Assembly (NCBI GenBank): GCA_035193785.1 | Contig: CP136572.1 | Location: forward strand, 4,628,578-4,692,577 | Direction: 5' to 3' | DNA length: 64,000 bases | DNA from: Planktothrix sp. GU0601_MAG3 | GTDB lineage: Bacteria; Cyanobacteriota; Cyanobacteriia; Cyanobacteriales; Microcoleaceae | Shown: positions 37,464-48,135 of the stretch, piece by piece | Layout: each line of letters starts with the position of its first letter | Position numbering within the stretch: the stretch's first letter is position 1 | Program-made: the position numbers and the translations under genes | Notes under the pieces: generated by a model | Seen by the model: the letters and a program-made list of their open reading frames with translations, nothing else | Database searches by the model: none | What the model was told of the DNA's origin: nothing

Positions 37464-39159
37464 ATGAAACGTTTTGCTTTTAATCTACCTCTGCGCGTCA
37501 CTATTCCCAGTTTACTTCTATTTTTAGGTAGTGGACTGGGTTTGTATAGTTTGATAATAGAAGTAAACACAACCTATAAACGTCAGGAAAACAAAGCTTT
37601 AGAAACAGGCAGATTTTTATAGTGAAAAAACTGTCACCCTCTTAGAATTTGTTTTACGACGGGCTAACATGGGTAGTAAAAGTTTAGATGGGGCCAAGCT
37701 GGTGATTGGTGAAATGGGAGAAGAACCTAACTTAAAATTATCAGCTTTCCTGGATGAAAATAATGTTATTATTTTTTCCAGTTATTATCAATTACAACAA
37801 AAACCCATAAATAATACAGGTTTTTCCTATCTTTACCCCCAGATTCAAAAGGTTAAACAAACCAAAGTTCAAGAAAAAATTTGGTCAGATAATCGGCAGA
37901 GTTTAAAGGTAATTACCCCGGTCATACTTCCCCCAAAACCCAATCAATTACGTCCTCAAGTGGGAACTCTACTCTCAATTTATGATCTAACTCGCATCAA
38001 AAAACAAGCCTATCAGGATGCCTTAAACCGTTCTTTACAAATGAATGTAGTAGTGCTGATTATTTGTTTATTGGTTTGGTTATTTTTTGAACTGACCTTA
38101 ACCAAAAGAGTCTCGCGGTTAGTATTAGTGAGTCAGAATTTAGCTCAGGGAGATTTAAGCGATCGCAGCCGCCTAGAAGGGTCAGACGAATTAGCTCAAA
38201 TTTCCATAGCCTTTGATCAAATGGCGGAAAAAATTGAACAGGATACCTATATTTTACAGGAATCTCAAATCGAATTACAACAAAAAGCCACCGAATTAGA
38301 AAAAGCTCTCACCCAACTCAAACAAACTCAAACTCAATTATTACAAAGTGAAAAAATGTCTAGTTTGGGGCAATTAGTAGCTGGAATTGCCCATGAAATT
38401 AATAATCCGGTGAGTTTTATTTTTGGCAATATCACCTATGCGAAAGAATATACAGATAGCTTACTGAATTTAATCTACTTGTATCAAACCTATTATCCCC
38501 AACCCGTTCTCAAAATTCAAACCGAAATTGATCAATTAGATTTAGAATTTCTGGAATTAGACCTCCAGAAAATTTTTAATTCTATGCAGGTAGGAAGTCA
38601 AAGAATCGCTGATATTGTCCTATCCTTGCGTTCATTTTCCCGTTTAGATGAAGCCGATATCAAAACCGTAGATTTACATGAAAATCTTGATAATACCCTA
38701 ATTATTTTAAAACATCGTCTTAAAGCCCAAGCCTCTCGACCGGAAATTAAAGTGATCAAAAATTATGGAAATATTCCCTTAATTCACTGCTATGTCAGTC
38801 AGCTAAATCAAGTCTTTATGAATATTTTTATTAATGCTATTGATGCCCTAGAAACAGCCCAACAAAACAGCCCACCACAAATTTATATTCATACAGATAT
38901 TCTCACCGATTCCCAACCTCAAAAATGGGTACAAATTCAAATTTCTGATAACGGTTTAGGCATGGATGAAAGCATTTGTAGTCGGATTTTTGAACCCTTT
39001 TTCACCACTAAACCCGTTGGTCGCGGCACAGGCATGGGTTTAGCCATTAGTTATCAAATTATCGTGGAAAAACATCAAGGTCAACTCCTCTGTACCTCTA
39101 CACCCGGAGAAGGGAGTACCTTTGTCATCAGCTTACCCGTAATCAGTCATCAGTTATAG
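37464..39159 (+). CDS. Membrane HAMP histidine kinase; +1 frameshift at ~37602-37606
   Basis: Two TM segments, HAMP (GDLS.R...[13 protein letters not shown]), [34 protein letters not shown]. Confidence 0.88.
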
Positions 39160-39388
39160 CAGGGGAGGCAGGGGGAGTAGGGGGAGCAGGGGAGGCAGGG
39201 GGAGCAGGGGGAGCAGGGGGAGCAGGGGAGGCGAGGGGAGGCGAGGGGGGCAGGGGGAGCAGGGGGAGCAGGGGAGCAGGGGGAGCAGGGGGAGCAGGGG
39301 AGCAGGGGGAGCAGGGGGAGCAGGGGAGCAGGGGGAGCAGGGGGAGCAGGGGGAGCAGGGGGAGCAGGGGAGCAGGGGAGGCGGGGGA
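39158..39388. repeat. G-rich short tandem repeat tract (GCAGGGGGA/GCAGGGGA units)
   Basis: About 230 bp of 8-9-mer units between convergent genes. Confidence 0.92.
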
Positions 39389-39408
39389 TGTGAACTCCTT
39401 CTGTTACC

Positions 39409-39450
39409 AATTCGTAATTCGTAATTCGTAATTCGTAATTCGTAATTCCC
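39409..39450. repeat. Heptamer tandem repeat (AATTCGT)5 plus one variant, STRR-like
   Basis: Five exact copies at 39409-39443, then AATTCCC. Confidence 0.92.
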
Positions 39451-39452
39451 TC

Positions 39453-42286
39453 TTAACATTGAGGAGGTAACACACCCGCAGGCTGTGGTGTACCATTGGG
39501 GGGATTAGTCACTAATTCGATAACCCCATCAGCCCTCACTATCCATCCTTGAACTTCCTGAATATTTCGCCGTAGGGACGTGCCCGAGCGCAGCGATGCC
39601 GTAGGCGATTGGCGCATCTCCACAGGGGGTGTGGGGGTTACAGGGGATGTTATCGTCGGTTCAACCAAATTAATCCAATTGATAACCGTCGGTTTCAGAC
39701 CCCAAAGCATCATTGGGACTTGCTGGTAAGCCCCCCCGTCCGGTAATCACAAATTGATTTTGTTGATTTCCCGAACAGCGAGCCGCAATTAAGCTGGTGG
39801 GGTCAACTAAATTACTCGGTAACGACCCTATCCCGGCACTGGGGTCAACTTCTGGACTACTAATTTCCACCGCCCCACTGAATGCGGCCCCTAACTCACT
39901 GGTGGCGGTAATATCACTTTGGGGAGTCTGAAATTCTCGAAACTGGGTTCCAAACACCCCTTGAGCATTAATTCTCACCTGTCCTCCTTTCCCCGCTTGA
40001 GCATTAGCCGTGATATCACTATTTTCCAAGGCAACTAAATTAGAAGTACCCAGGGTAATATTACCCCCATCGGCGTTTCCGGCATTCGTGGTAATTTGGC
40101 TATCCCGTCGCAGTTCCACCTGTCGCGCCTGTAGCCGAATATTGCCCCCAGTTCCAGCGACGGTGGCGGCACTAATGGTTCCTTCGTTATCCAATAAAAC
40201 CCTATCCGCCTGAATTTCCAAGTTACCCGCGGCTCCCTCATTGGTTCCCCGCACCCCAATTTCCGCCCCATTGCCCACCGTTAACCTTCTGGTATTAATC
40301 CGTAAATCCCCGGCACTTCCCGCCCCACTGGTATTCGACTCAATGGAACTGGGAACAATACCATCGCCAATAGTTCCAAAGGAAACGGATTCAACAGATT
40401 TATCAATATTGGTGGCAAACCCCACAACATCAATGGATTCCGAGGCATTTAAGGTTAAATTTCCCGCCGCCCCTTCCCCGCCAGTCGCTGCCGAAATTTG
40501 AGCTCCCCCCTGCACCACCAACCGTTGAGTATTGACGGTTAAATCCCCGGCGGGTGCAGTGCCTTTTTGTCCCTGGACGGTCAACAGGGAAGATGAGGTA
40601 AATAACCCACTCAAAAACCGGCCATCCTCCGATACTCCCCGCAGTTGCACCGATTCCGCGTTCACGGTTAAATTGCCGCCTTTCCCGGCGCCCGCCGCCG
40701 AAGCCGATACCTGCACCCCGTCCGCAACCATAAGTTCCCGGCTGTTAATCGTGATATCCCCGGCGCCTCCAGTACCCAAGGTGGCGGTAAATAATCCCCC
40801 CGGGGAAGCGACGCCCGATTTCACCCCCCGCAGTTCCACGGTATCGGCATTCACGGTAATATTTCCCCCCTGGCCTTCCCCCGAACGTCCGGGACTGGTG
40901 ATAATATATCCATCTTGGAGGACACGCAATTGGGGGGTAATAATATTGATATCTCCAGAATCCCCCTGGCTAATGGTTTCCGGTGACCACAATCGAACCA
41001 TTAGTAATATCCACGGATTTCGAGGCTAATAGGGTAATATTTCCCCCTGACCCAATCCCCACGGTGGGGGTTAAAATAGTTGCCCCATTCATAATCTGGA
41101 TTTGGGGGGTTTCTAGGGTGACATTTCCCGATGCTCCTTCACCCGCACTGACGCTAAAAATACCATCATAAAGATTAGTGGGACTAAAGGTTTCTAATAA
41201 TAATTGTTCGATGAAGGATAGGGGCTGAGTCCCGATTAAATCAATTGAATTGTTAGCCTTAATATTAATATCTCCGGCGTTTCCTGTGCCAATAGTGGAG
41301 GAGGAGATAAAGGCACGATTATTTAATTGCAATTGTTCGGCTTGAATTTGGATGCCGCCACCATTAAGGGCATCTAAGGTATTAGCAAGAATCCGGGAAC
41401 CATCGGTGAGAAAAACCTTTCCCCCTTGGATAGTAACTAATCCCCCTCCGGCTCCACTGGTATCAATTTGACTTTGACGTAATAATTGAATCGAGCCGAA
41501 TTGAAGATTGGGAGAGTTAAATTGTTCCGGCTGGGGTTGTAAAGACCAGGTGCCATTTTGCAGGGATGCTAATTCAATTCTACCATTAAAAGCGGTAAGA
41601 TTTCCTTGATTTAAAACCACATCTCCCCCGATTAAACTAATATTTTGACCGGGTTGAACTTGTAATCCTGTTGTGGCACTTTTGCCATCCACTCCTAGGC
41701 CTACAGCCTGGGATTGATTGGTGATAGCCCCGGGTTGATTTCCCAGTTGTAACCCCATCGGAACATTAACGGTTAATAGGGGCGGTGCTTGGGGATTAGT
41801 GGCACTAAATTCACCGCCATGATCAAAAATAATACTATTAGCGGTACTAGCGGTAAAAGACCCGCCAATATTTAGTTGAGCCTTGGGGCCAAATAATATT
41901 CCCTGGGGATTAATTAAGAATAAATTGGCCGTACCATTGGCTTGAATTAAACCTTGGATGTTGGAGATATTATTGCCAGTAACGCGACTAATAATATTTT
42001 TAATATCCACGGAGTTATTGAAAAAGGCAGCCACACCTTCGGGAACTGAAAAGTCTTTAAAACTATGGAATAAGTTAATCCCATTTTGGGTTCCACCTTC
42101 GATTTTAATAATACTACCATTGGGGGTAATAATAGTATTTTGAGGTAGGGTTTGATCGGGTATGATTTGTGCGATCGCTTTGGAAGGATTCCAGCTATTA
42201 ATCAGAGGAAATGCCAAGAAAATTAATGTTGTTTTTAAAAGGGATTTATGGTTTTTAAGTAAAGATTCAGAAGTTAAAATTCTCAT
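39453..42286 (-). CDS. Filamentous haemagglutinin-family exoprotein; +1 frameshifts at 40976-40980 and ~39692-39696
   Basis: Signal peptide ending AIA-Q, IIPDQTL, NLFHSF, NIISRVTG, NLFLINPQGILFG, Gly-rich beta-helical repeats (GNAGDI.I), FVITGRGGLP, QGW.V..DG.IEL. Confidence 0.88.
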
Positions 42287-42345
42287 GTTTAATTCCTTTT
42301 TTTGAGGTTTAAAAGTTATTAAAAAAACAAAGTATTTGTTGTTAA

Positions 42346-43828
42346 TTAATTTCCCTGATTTAAAATAGTAACTGGTTTTTTATGTAGATTATTTTGCACT
42401 GGCATTTCCTGAGTAATGGGAATTTCAATAATAAATTCCGTTCCCTTCCCCGGGGTAGAAGTACATTGTAAACTACCTTTATGTTTTTCAACCACAATAT
42501 TTTTACTGATAGATAAACCAATCCCCGTCCCCTTACCTAAAGGTTTTGTGGTGAAAAACGGTTCAAATAGATGGGCTAAAATTTCCTCAGCCATTCCCCC
42601 AGCATTATCACTAATTTTAATCGTGACATTATGATCATTAATAATATCGGTTTTAATTAAAATGTGACCCGGATTAACCTGCAATTCTTCAATATTTTTT
42701 TGTTCATTGTTTTCTTCAATCGCATCAATGGCATTAGCCAAAATATTCATAAAAACTTGATTCATTTCTCCTCCATAACATTCAACTAAAGGTAAAGAGG
42801 AACTATATTCTTTGATTACATGAATCGCCGGATGATCCTGTTTTCGTTTTAACCGATTTTGTAAAATCATTAAGGTGCTATCAATCCCTTCATGAAGATT
42901 AGTTGCTCTCATTTGAGAACTATCCTGGCGGGCAAAATTTCGTAAACTCAGCACAATTTCTCGAATCCGTTTCTGCACCCACTTGCATCGATTCTAACAT
43001 CTTCGGCAAGTCTTCTAAAATAAAGTCTAATTCTACCGCTTCCACCTCCTGTTGAATCACTGGATGGGGATTAGAATAATACTGTTGATAGAGTTCAAAT
43101 ATCTTTAAAAGATTGTCAGTGTATTCTTGAACATAAGCCAGATTTCCATAAATAAAATTAACCGGATTATTAATTTCATGGGCAATTCCAGCTAACATTT
43201 GCCCAAGAATTGACATTTTTTCGGTATTCATTAATTGAGTTTGAATAATCTTGATTTTATTGAAACACTGTTCTAAAGCAATTTTATTATTTGCTGATTC
43301 TATAATAGATTTTTGTAATTCTTCTTGCTGGGATGCAACCTTTATTTCCAATTGATGATTAATATTTTTAAGCTGGAAATTTTTTCGCCTTTCTATTTCT
43401 AATTCTTGTTTTAATTGATTAAAACTTTGCCGGACTTCTTTGCGATTTTCAGCCAATCTCCAATAGTTATTTAATTTTAGTAAAAACTCCCCATTCTCTA
43501 AACCAGTAAATAGATAATCTATCACTCCTAAACTCAACCCGGTTTTGATATTTTCTTGATTTTGAGAAGTTGTAATCAAAACAATTGGAATATTTAGACC
43601 AGAATTTTGCAAATGTTGACACAACCGATATTCATTCTCACCCGGCATGGAAACCGCAATAAAAATTAAATCAGCCAGAGATAATTTTTCCATAGAAACA
43701 GTAGCTTTATCTGGATTTATCCACAATAAATTAACCTGTTTTTGATCGAATAAATCTAATAAAATCTGGAGGTCGATTGAATGGTTATCAATTATTAAAA
43801 TAGTAGTTAATTCGGACTCACTCATCAT
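42346..43828 (-). CDS. Degenerate-REC histidine kinase; +1 frameshift at 42969-42973
   Basis: REC-like N-terminus with the phospho-Asp apparently replaced (LIFIAVSMP), [35 protein letters not shown]. Confidence 0.85.
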
Positions 43829-44076
43829 TTATTCTTCCTCAATAAATTGGTAAAATCCACTGTTGATTACCCTTAACAAATTGTTTAAATATGGGATTTG
43901 ACAACTGACCTCCATAACCCCGATTATTTCTTGACCCTGGCTTACCCAGACTTCCGTAAAATAACCCCGATAATCAAATCATACAATATTGTTAGGAAAT
44001 GACAGGAAATTGGCGGATCAGATTTTGAGGATGGGGGGATGTTAACATACGACAAACCCCCTAATCCCGACTTTCG

Positions 44077-44937
44077 ATGAGCTTTCTATGTCCAGTCTGT
44101 GACTCTAACTATCAAAAACCGATTCCAGAAACTTGTGTAGTCTGTGGATGGGATTTACAACTCCATGTATCCATACCAGAAGGTTTAAAACAGGATCAAA
44201 AATGTTTAAATTGGGCAAGACAAACTTGGAAACGTCTGCAAACCGTTGATATTTCTCAACAGAAAACCCCTGCTAAAGCCAAAAAAAGGTTAACCGTTGC
44301 TGACCTTTTACCTCGGTTAGAATCCCTAGAAAATCAACTGCAACAGGCTACCTTAGAAAGACAAAACCTACAGAATTTGTTAGAATGGATATTACATTAT
44401 TTAGAAACCCTTAACCCTGAATTATTAGTTAATATAACTCCTCCATCTTACCCAAATTTCCCCCAATCAGAAATTAGTATAGACTACAGTTCGCTAATCG
44501 AATTATTAGCCAATGGAGATTGGAAAACCGCCGATGAATATACCTGGGAATTAATTTTATATATTACCGAAAGAGAAACCGAAAAATGGTTAAGACCCGA
44601 AGATATTGAAGGGTTTCCCTGTACGGATTTAAACACAATAAATCGGCTCTGGGAATATTATAGTCAGGGATTATTTAGTTTGACCAGTCAATGGCAAATT
44701 TTCTATTATTTAGAAGGAGATTATCCAAAATTTTGTGATCAAGTCGGTTGGCGTAGGGGAGAAAGTTGGCTTTATTATGAAGAATTAAATTTTTCTCTCC
44801 ATGCACCTTTAGGACATTTACCTATTATTGCTTGGCGAAAACGAGCCTGTTATGGGGTAGGAAATGCCGCCCCAAATGAAAATTTATCCTTAATCTTTTC
44901 TCGCCTTTCCACCTGTAGTAAGCCCTTCAGGGCTTAA
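44077..44937 (+). CDS. GUN4-domain protein with N-terminal zinc ribbon
   Basis: CPVC...CVVCGW, coiled coil, DYSSL..LL..GDWKTAD..T, FPCTDL.TI..LW..YS.G.F, APLGHLP. Confidence 0.82.
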   Translation: MSFLCPVCDSNYQKPIPETCVVCGWDLQLHVSIPEGLKQDQKCLNWARQTWKRLQTVDISQQKTPAKAKKRLTVADLLPRLESLENQLQQATLERQNLQNLLEWILHYLETLNPELLVNITPPSYPNFPQSEISIDYSSLIELLANGDWKTADEYTWELILYITERETEKWLRPEDIEGFPCTDLNTINRLWEYYSQGLFSLTSQWQIFYYLEGDYPKFCDQVGWRRGESWLYYEELNFSLHAPLGHLPIIAWRKRACYGVGNAAPNENLSLIFSRLSTCSKPFRA

Positions 44938-45184
44938 TCCCCTCAAAAGTATAAGATATAAAAGAAAGCCCTAAAGGGCTTACTACTTTTATGGCGTTAG
45001 GTGTTAAAATAATAGTAGTAGGCCCTTCAGGGCCTAATCCTCTCCAACCTAAAAATATAGGAGAAAGCCCTTTAGGGCTTACTACTTTTATGGCGTTAGG
45101 TGTTAAAATAATAGTAGTAGGCCCTTCAGGGCCTAATCCCCTCCAACCTAAAAATACAGGAGAAAGCCCTAAAGGGCTTACTAC
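44915..45184. repeat. Tandem array of three inverted REP pairs (REPIN/BIME-like), period 99-100 bp
   Basis: Forward REPs GTAGTARGCCCTTCAGGGCYT at 44915, 45015 and 45114. Inverted copies AAGCCCTWWAGGGCTTACTAC at 44966, 45065 and 45164. Spacers are repeated, not unique. Confidence 0.92.
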
Positions 45185-45188
45185 TTTT

Positions 45189-45786
45189 ATGATGTATGAA
45201 TATCGTAAACTTACACCTGAGCAACGCAAAGAAACTGGTTAAACAACGGTTAGCCAAAGGATTTCCTCCCCACTCACCTCCCCATCCTATTCAGATTGAA
45301 GCTTTTTATTTATTAACTGTTGCTTGTTATGAACATCAACCCTATATTTCAACACCCCATCGTCGTCAAGAATTATTAAATTTAATTTTTGAACAATTTA
45401 TTAATGCAGGTTTTGATATTCGGGCTTGGGTTATCCTTCCTAATCATTATCATTTATTGGTTTATGTTGATAAATTTCCAGAATTAAGCCGTTTATTTAA
45501 TATTATTCATGGGCGAACTTCTCGCTACTGGAATTTAGAAGACCAAGTGACAAAACGCAAGATTTGGTACAGTTTTTCAGACCGGATGATTCGCAATGAT
45601 AACCATTATTATCAAACTTTAAATTATCTCCATTTTAATCCGGTTAAACATGATTATGTTCCATCCCCCTATGATTGGGAGGAAAGTAGTGTTCATTGGT
45701 ATATTGAAGATTATGGTCGCCAATGGTTACGCGATGCTTGGGTACAATATCCGGTTAAGGATTATGGGAAAGATTGGGATGATTAA
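45189..45786 (+). mobile_element. REP-associated tyrosine transposase (RAYT/TnpA-REP, HUH Y1 family); +1 frameshift at 45231-45235
   Basis: YLLTVAC, AWVILPNHYHLL (HUH), KIW...DRMIR, LNYLHFNPVKH (catalytic Tyr), YDW..SS. Flanked on both sides by GTAG-led hairpins. Confidence 0.88.
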
Positions 45787-45812
45787 TTAATAAAATTAAT
45801 AAATAAATAAGA

Positions 45813-45833
45813 AAGCCCTGAAGGGCTTACTAC
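45813..45833 (-). repeat. Single REP copy downstream of the RAYT gene
   Basis: AAGCCCTGAAGGGCTTACTAC is the exact reverse complement of the copy at 44915-44935. Confidence 0.92.
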
Positions 45834-45836
45834 GGG

Positions 45837-46913
45837 TTATTTGGGTTTTCTTAAGATTAAGATGTCCTGGTAGTTGGTGGCGGGAGTTCGTCCACACCAT
45901 AACCCATAATATTTGGCGGAAACTGTAAAACCTAATGCTTCAATCCACTGCATTACTAACGCTTCTCGATGACCCATATCACTTTCGGGAATTTCTAAAT
46001 TTGAGAAAAATGAGTCTTCAAATTCATGGATTAAATTTTGAGAACTTTTTCCGGCTTTAATCAGAGCTTCTGATTCTTCATTTAATAAAAAGAATGTACA
46101 TAAACACCGTCCCCCCGGTTTGAGAACTCGATAAACTTCTTTGAGATAATTTTGCACCGCATTCGCATATAAATGGGTAAATACGGAAGTTAAGAAAACA
46201 AAATCAAATTGTTGGTCGGGATAGGGAAAATCATAGTTTTCTACTTTAATTGTTCCTTCTGTATTATAGCGTTTATTATAAATATTCGCCCATTGAAAGT
46301 TGAAATTAGGTCGATGTTCATGGATCACAGATTGATTCCATTTAATCCATTTTTCCACAATATCAAACCCTTCATAACGAGCGCTATCATCCAAATAATA
46401 GGCGAGGGAATAGGCCATACGACCCACACCACATCCCGCATCTAAAATAGATTCGTGGGGTTTTAATTGAGCTTTATTAACAAAATGACCGAGAAAATCA
46501 CAGGCGACAAATTTAAAACTTCCTCCCACTCCTACCCGATCTTCTTTCTCGGGAACTGGGAGAATAGATTCTAATAAATTAAATAAAATTTCTCCCGCCT
46601 CTCCCTTGACTAAAGGAATTAATTGTACTAAGGTATTAAATTGATCCGGTGCAATTACCTCTACGGGAATATAAATTAAAAATCGAGCTTGGTCAGCGTT
46701 AGGTAAGGTGGGAAATAGTTTATTAACATCTGGACTAGGTAGGTTTTTTTCGATTTTGAATTGGGTGATTTCTTGACCCCCAATTATTAACTTAAATCCT
46801 TCTATGGGTTCACCTTGAATTGAAGTTACCCATCCTTTTAAACGGACTTGATCCGCTTCTAGGGTAACATCTCCTAAACAGCCGAGGGTCTTGGGAGGAT
46901 GATTTGATTCCAT
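45837..46913 (-). CDS. Class I SAM-dependent methyltransferase with an extra N-terminal domain
   Basis: ILDAGCGVGR, YEGFDI, FPYPDQQFDFVFLTSVFTH, YRVLKPGG. Confidence 0.87.
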   Translation of the reverse strand: MESNHPPKTLGCLGDVTLEADQVRLKGWVTSIQGEPIEGFKLIIGGQEITQFKIEKNLPSPDVNKLFPTLPNADQARFLIYIPVEVIAPDQFNTLVQLIPLVKGEAGEILFNLLESILPVPEKEDRVGVGGSFKFVACDFLGHFVNKAQLKPHESILDAGCGVGRMAYSLAYYLDDSARYEGFDIVEKWIKWNQSVIHEHRPNFNFQWANIYNKRYNTEGTIKVENYDFPYPDQQFDFVFLTSVFTHLYANAVQNYLKEVYRVLKPGGRCLCTFFLLNEESEALIKAGKSSQNLIHEFEDSFFSNLEIPESDMGHREALVMQWIEALGFTVSAKYYGLWCGRTPATNYQDILILRKPK

Positions 46914-47067
46914 AAGATGATTTTTGGTAACTTTAATTGAATGAAGAATTATTACCTTAATTTTATTAGTTTGTCAAGATTTATAGCGTTAAAAATTATT
47001 CTCCCCTCTCCGACAGCAAGGAGAGGTGAAGTTTAATTACTATTACCTGTTTTTTGATTTAGACTGA

Positions 47068-47605
47068 CTATAATAGGCGTTCTAAGATCCTAATTATAGC
47101 TGTCCGTTGTTCTAAATCATATCCCCAACGTTCTAAGAATTCTTGATAGGTTTCCTGCTCCGGTTTGAATAGTATTGAATAGTTGTTGAAGGCGCGATCG
47201 CAAAACAGAAAAATTCAACTGTTGAATTAAATTAGAAGAACGTTGAACAACCTGTTGTGAACTTTCCTGCATTTCTAAGTTATTATGTCGATGATGATAA
47301 ACGACCATTGCCGCCGACATCGCCACATTTTTAACCAGTAAATCTGACACAATTTCCGGCGAGGTTTCTAAGGCTTGAATGATCGAAGCAATAGGCTGAT
47401 CAAAACCAGGGCGAGCATCGGTTAAATAAGTCACAAAAAAGCCCCTAGCCCCATTATGAGTTTTAACTAACTTCGTGATCACCCGTGTAATTTCAGCCTC
47501 CAATAACGAGTTTTCTTCTAGTTTATTTAACAACAGTTCAGTAATTTCTATACCTTGCTCAAAGGTAATATTTTCGGGAACTAATATGGAAGATAAATCG
47601 GCCAT
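47068..47605 (-). CDS. Conserved hypothetical protein; +1 frameshift at 47150-47154
   Basis: NGARGFFVTYLTD, LLVKNVAMSAAM. The repaired end reads GTYQEFLERWGYDLEQR. Confidence 0.7.
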
Positions 47606-47653
47606 AGATATTTTTGATAAAGAGTTTGATCACACCTAAAACCCAAAATCACC

Positions 47654-48041
47654 CTAATGTCCTTCGACCAAATTTTGATATTCCTCTACGGATAAAGTAT
47701 CTTCTAAATCACTGGCGTCTGTTATTTCAACTTTGACTAACCATCCGTCTCCATAGGGATCATCCGATAGTATTTCGGGAGAATCTTCGAGGGCCGTATT
47801 ACAATCAATGATCGTACCGCCGATGGGGGAAAATAATTCTTCAACCGCCTTCACCGACTCAACGGTTTCCAAACCTTTCGCCCCTCTCCATTTTATCCCC
47901 AACCTTGGGTAATTCCACAAAGACAATATCTCCGAGTTGACTCACCGCAAAGCTGGTAATACCAATGGTGGCAATTTCGCCCTCCAGTTTGACATATTCA
48001 TGGGTATCTAAATATTTCAGGTCTTCAGGATAGGATGTCAT
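47654..48041 (-). CDS. gcvH: Glycine cleavage system H protein; +1 frameshift at 47865-47869
   Basis: [37 protein letters not shown] (lipoyl-Lys, repaired), DPYGDGWL. Confidence 0.95.
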
Positions 48042-48135
48042 CGGGGTTCCTCACAATCTATTGACTATATTAATGGTTCACAAAATCTATTAAACTACAA
48101 AATTAGGATAAAAACAGGTTTAGCTTGTAAATACC

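Noticed and set aside
39150..39459. Pro/Leu/Cys-rich ORFs in the track
   Set aside because: They are translations of the tandem repeat tracts.
44915..45184. CRISPR array
   Set aside because: The repeats alternate in orientation, the spacers are repeated rather than unique, and the adjacent gene is a Y1 transposase with no cas genes.
44927..45229. 100-aa minus-strand ORF over the REP array
   Set aside because: It is a by-product of the 99-bp stop-free repeat period, with no independent coding evidence.
47001..47030. CCTCTCC...GGAGAGG hairpin as a terminator
   Set aside because: The 7-bp stem has no clear U-tract and is a single instance, which is too weak to call.
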